Shown here piece by piece: positions 62,789 through 64,000 of a stretch of DNA of 64,000 bases. Below the pieces are notes generated by a model. It was not told where the DNA came from, did no database searches, and saw nothing but the letters and a program-made list of their open reading frames with translations. The DNA lies in NCBI GenBank assembly GCA_965277805.1, contig OZ255842.1, positions 3,840,001 through 3,904,000 of the forward strand, read 5' to 3'. Every line of letters starts with the position of its first letter. Position 1 is the first letter of the stretch. Source of the stretch: Candidatus Lustribacter sp. GTDB taxonomy: Bacteria > Vulcanimicrobiota > Vulcanimicrobiia > Vulcanimicrobiales > Vulcanimicrobiaceae. Both the position numbers and the translations under genes were made by a program.

Positions 62789-63683
62789 CCGTAATATTGA
62801 CCGGCCGGCGATCGTTGAAGGTCAACTCCGCGACGCCCGACTTATCGAGTTCGCCCAGTCCCACTTCGACCATCAGTTCGTACTGGCTCAAGGTCGCCGC
62901 GGCCAGCGGCAAGACGACGCCGGCTTCGTGTCCGAGGTCGAAGGCGATGCCCGAATCCTTGGCCGCGTGCGCGGCGGAGAAATACGTCTCGTGTTCGCGA
63001 TTCTGCATGTCCTCGCCGTCGGTGACGAGCACGCGCGAAGCGGCGCCGGTTTGCGAGAACACCTCGCGCAGCATCGCAAGATCGAGTCCGAGCGCGTTGC
63101 CCAGACCGAGCGCCTCGGCCAAACCGGCCGTGTTGATGTTCATCAGCATATTCACCAGCGCTTTGACCTGCGCGGCCTTCCCCGGCCCGCCGATCCAGCG
63201 CATCGATGACGACATCTTCTCGAGCATCGGCTTCACGTGCGCGTAGGCGGTTTCATCGCCCGCGCACATCAGGTAGAGCTCGCCGTTGCGCGCCTGCGGA
63301 ATCGAGCTCGCCATGCACGCCTCGACCGCCGTCCCGCCGGCGGCCGCGATCAGCTCGTCGACCGCCACGTGGACGCTGGGCGTGATCGTCGCGGCATTGA
63401 TGAAGATCTTGCCCTGCGCGCCGGTCAAAAGCGAATCGCCGCTGGTCGCGTAGATCGCATACATCGCCGCATCGTCGGTGACGACCGTGACGATCACATC
63501 GCTTGCAGCCGTTACGGCGGCAAGCTTCTCGGGTGCCATCGCGCCCAGCTCCGCAGCCAGGTCGCGCGCCCGCGCATGATCGACGTCATACACCGCGCTT
63601 ACTGCATATCCGACGTCCTTGAGGCGGCGCGCCATGTTCGCGCCCATGCGTCCGACCCCGACAAAACCGATCTTCTCGCTCAT
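62781..63683 (-). CDS. 3-hydroxyisobutyrate dehydrogenase-family NAD(P)-dependent oxidoreductase
   Basis: KIGFVGVGRMG, VKALVN, AEAL.L, F..H..KD. Confidence 0.9.
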   Translation of the reverse strand: MSEKIGFVGVGRMGANMARRLKDVGYAVSAVYDVDHARARDLAAELGAMAPEKLAAVTAASDVIVTVVTDDAAMYAIYATSGDSLLTGAQGKIFINAATITPSVHVAVDELIAAAGGTAVEACMASSIPQARNGELYLMCAGDETAYAHVKPMLEKMSSSMRWIGGPGKAAQVKALVNMLMNINTAGLAEALGLGNALGLDLAMLREVFSQTGAASRVLVTDGEDMQNREHETYFSAAHAAKDSGIAFDLGHEAGVVLPLAAATLSQYELMVEVGLGELDKSGVAELTFNDRRPVNITGG

Positions 63684-63689
63684 CACGGC

Positions 63690-64000
63690 CTATTTGGCCG
63701 CTTGGTCGACGCCCTCCCAGGGGGACTCGGACTCGGCGAGTTCGAGAGCCCGCCCGTGCAGGTAGCGCGCCGCACCGTCGGCCGCATCGCGGCGCAGCAC
63801 GTCGTTGAAGCGCTCGGCTGCCTCGGCGAACGCACCGGCGACGAACGCGCCGACCGCGGCGGTGAACGGCTCGGCGGTCGCGCGCTTGGCGGCAAGACGA
63901 TCGGGCGGATCGCCGTCGAGCACCTCATATAGCCCAACGCCTAGACGCTTCCCCATCACGGCGACGCGACCGAGGAAGCGCATCGTGTATGCATCCGGAT
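63690..64000 (-). CDS. Probable adenylate/guanylate cyclase C-terminus (5' part outside the window)
   Basis: RFLGRVAVMGK..VGLYEVLD followed by a TPR-like tail ending W.GV..K, typical of class III cyclases. Confidence 0.65.
   Translation of the reverse strand, partial: PDAYTMRFLGRVAVMGKRLGVGLYEVLDGDPPDRLAAKRATAEPFTAAVGAFVAGAFAEAAERFNDVLRRDAADGAARYLHGRALELAESESPWEGVDQAAK

Overview
GC-rich, very compact 64 kb chromosomal segment from a bacterium. Many genes overlap at ATGA/TGATG junctions or at convergent ends. The gene style suggests Eremiobacterota/Terrabacteria, but that is only an impression. Housekeeping genes include eno, ndk, birA, acpS, nnr, ligA, uvrA, uvrB, prs, rplY, pth, a thyX-like gene, msrA, glmU, gltX, tRNA-Glu(UUC) and a CAU tRNA (probably Ile2). 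Accessory content covers aromatic-catabolism genes, MFS transporters, a glycan/phosphodiester-processing cluster, a hydantoinase/oxoprolinase pair and an isobutyryl-CoA-mutase-like locus. Main findings that the ORF track hides: (1) an orphan RNase A-fold (CdiA-CT Ykris-like) toxin with a CdiI-like immunity gene and no delivery gene; (2) a stand-alone GrdB/PrdB-family selenoprotein split by an in-frame UGA (U-P-L-C) followed by a SECIS-like hairpin; (3) a dispersed 28-bp palindromic repeat in 4 copies, 3 inside coding sequences and one showing a compensatory base-pair change; (4) pth lies in frame directly behind the rplY UAG with no canonical start codon before its catalytic residues; (5) two further probable CTG starts; (6) several apparent pseudo-enzymes. 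No transposase, integrase, CRISPR array or rRNA was seen.
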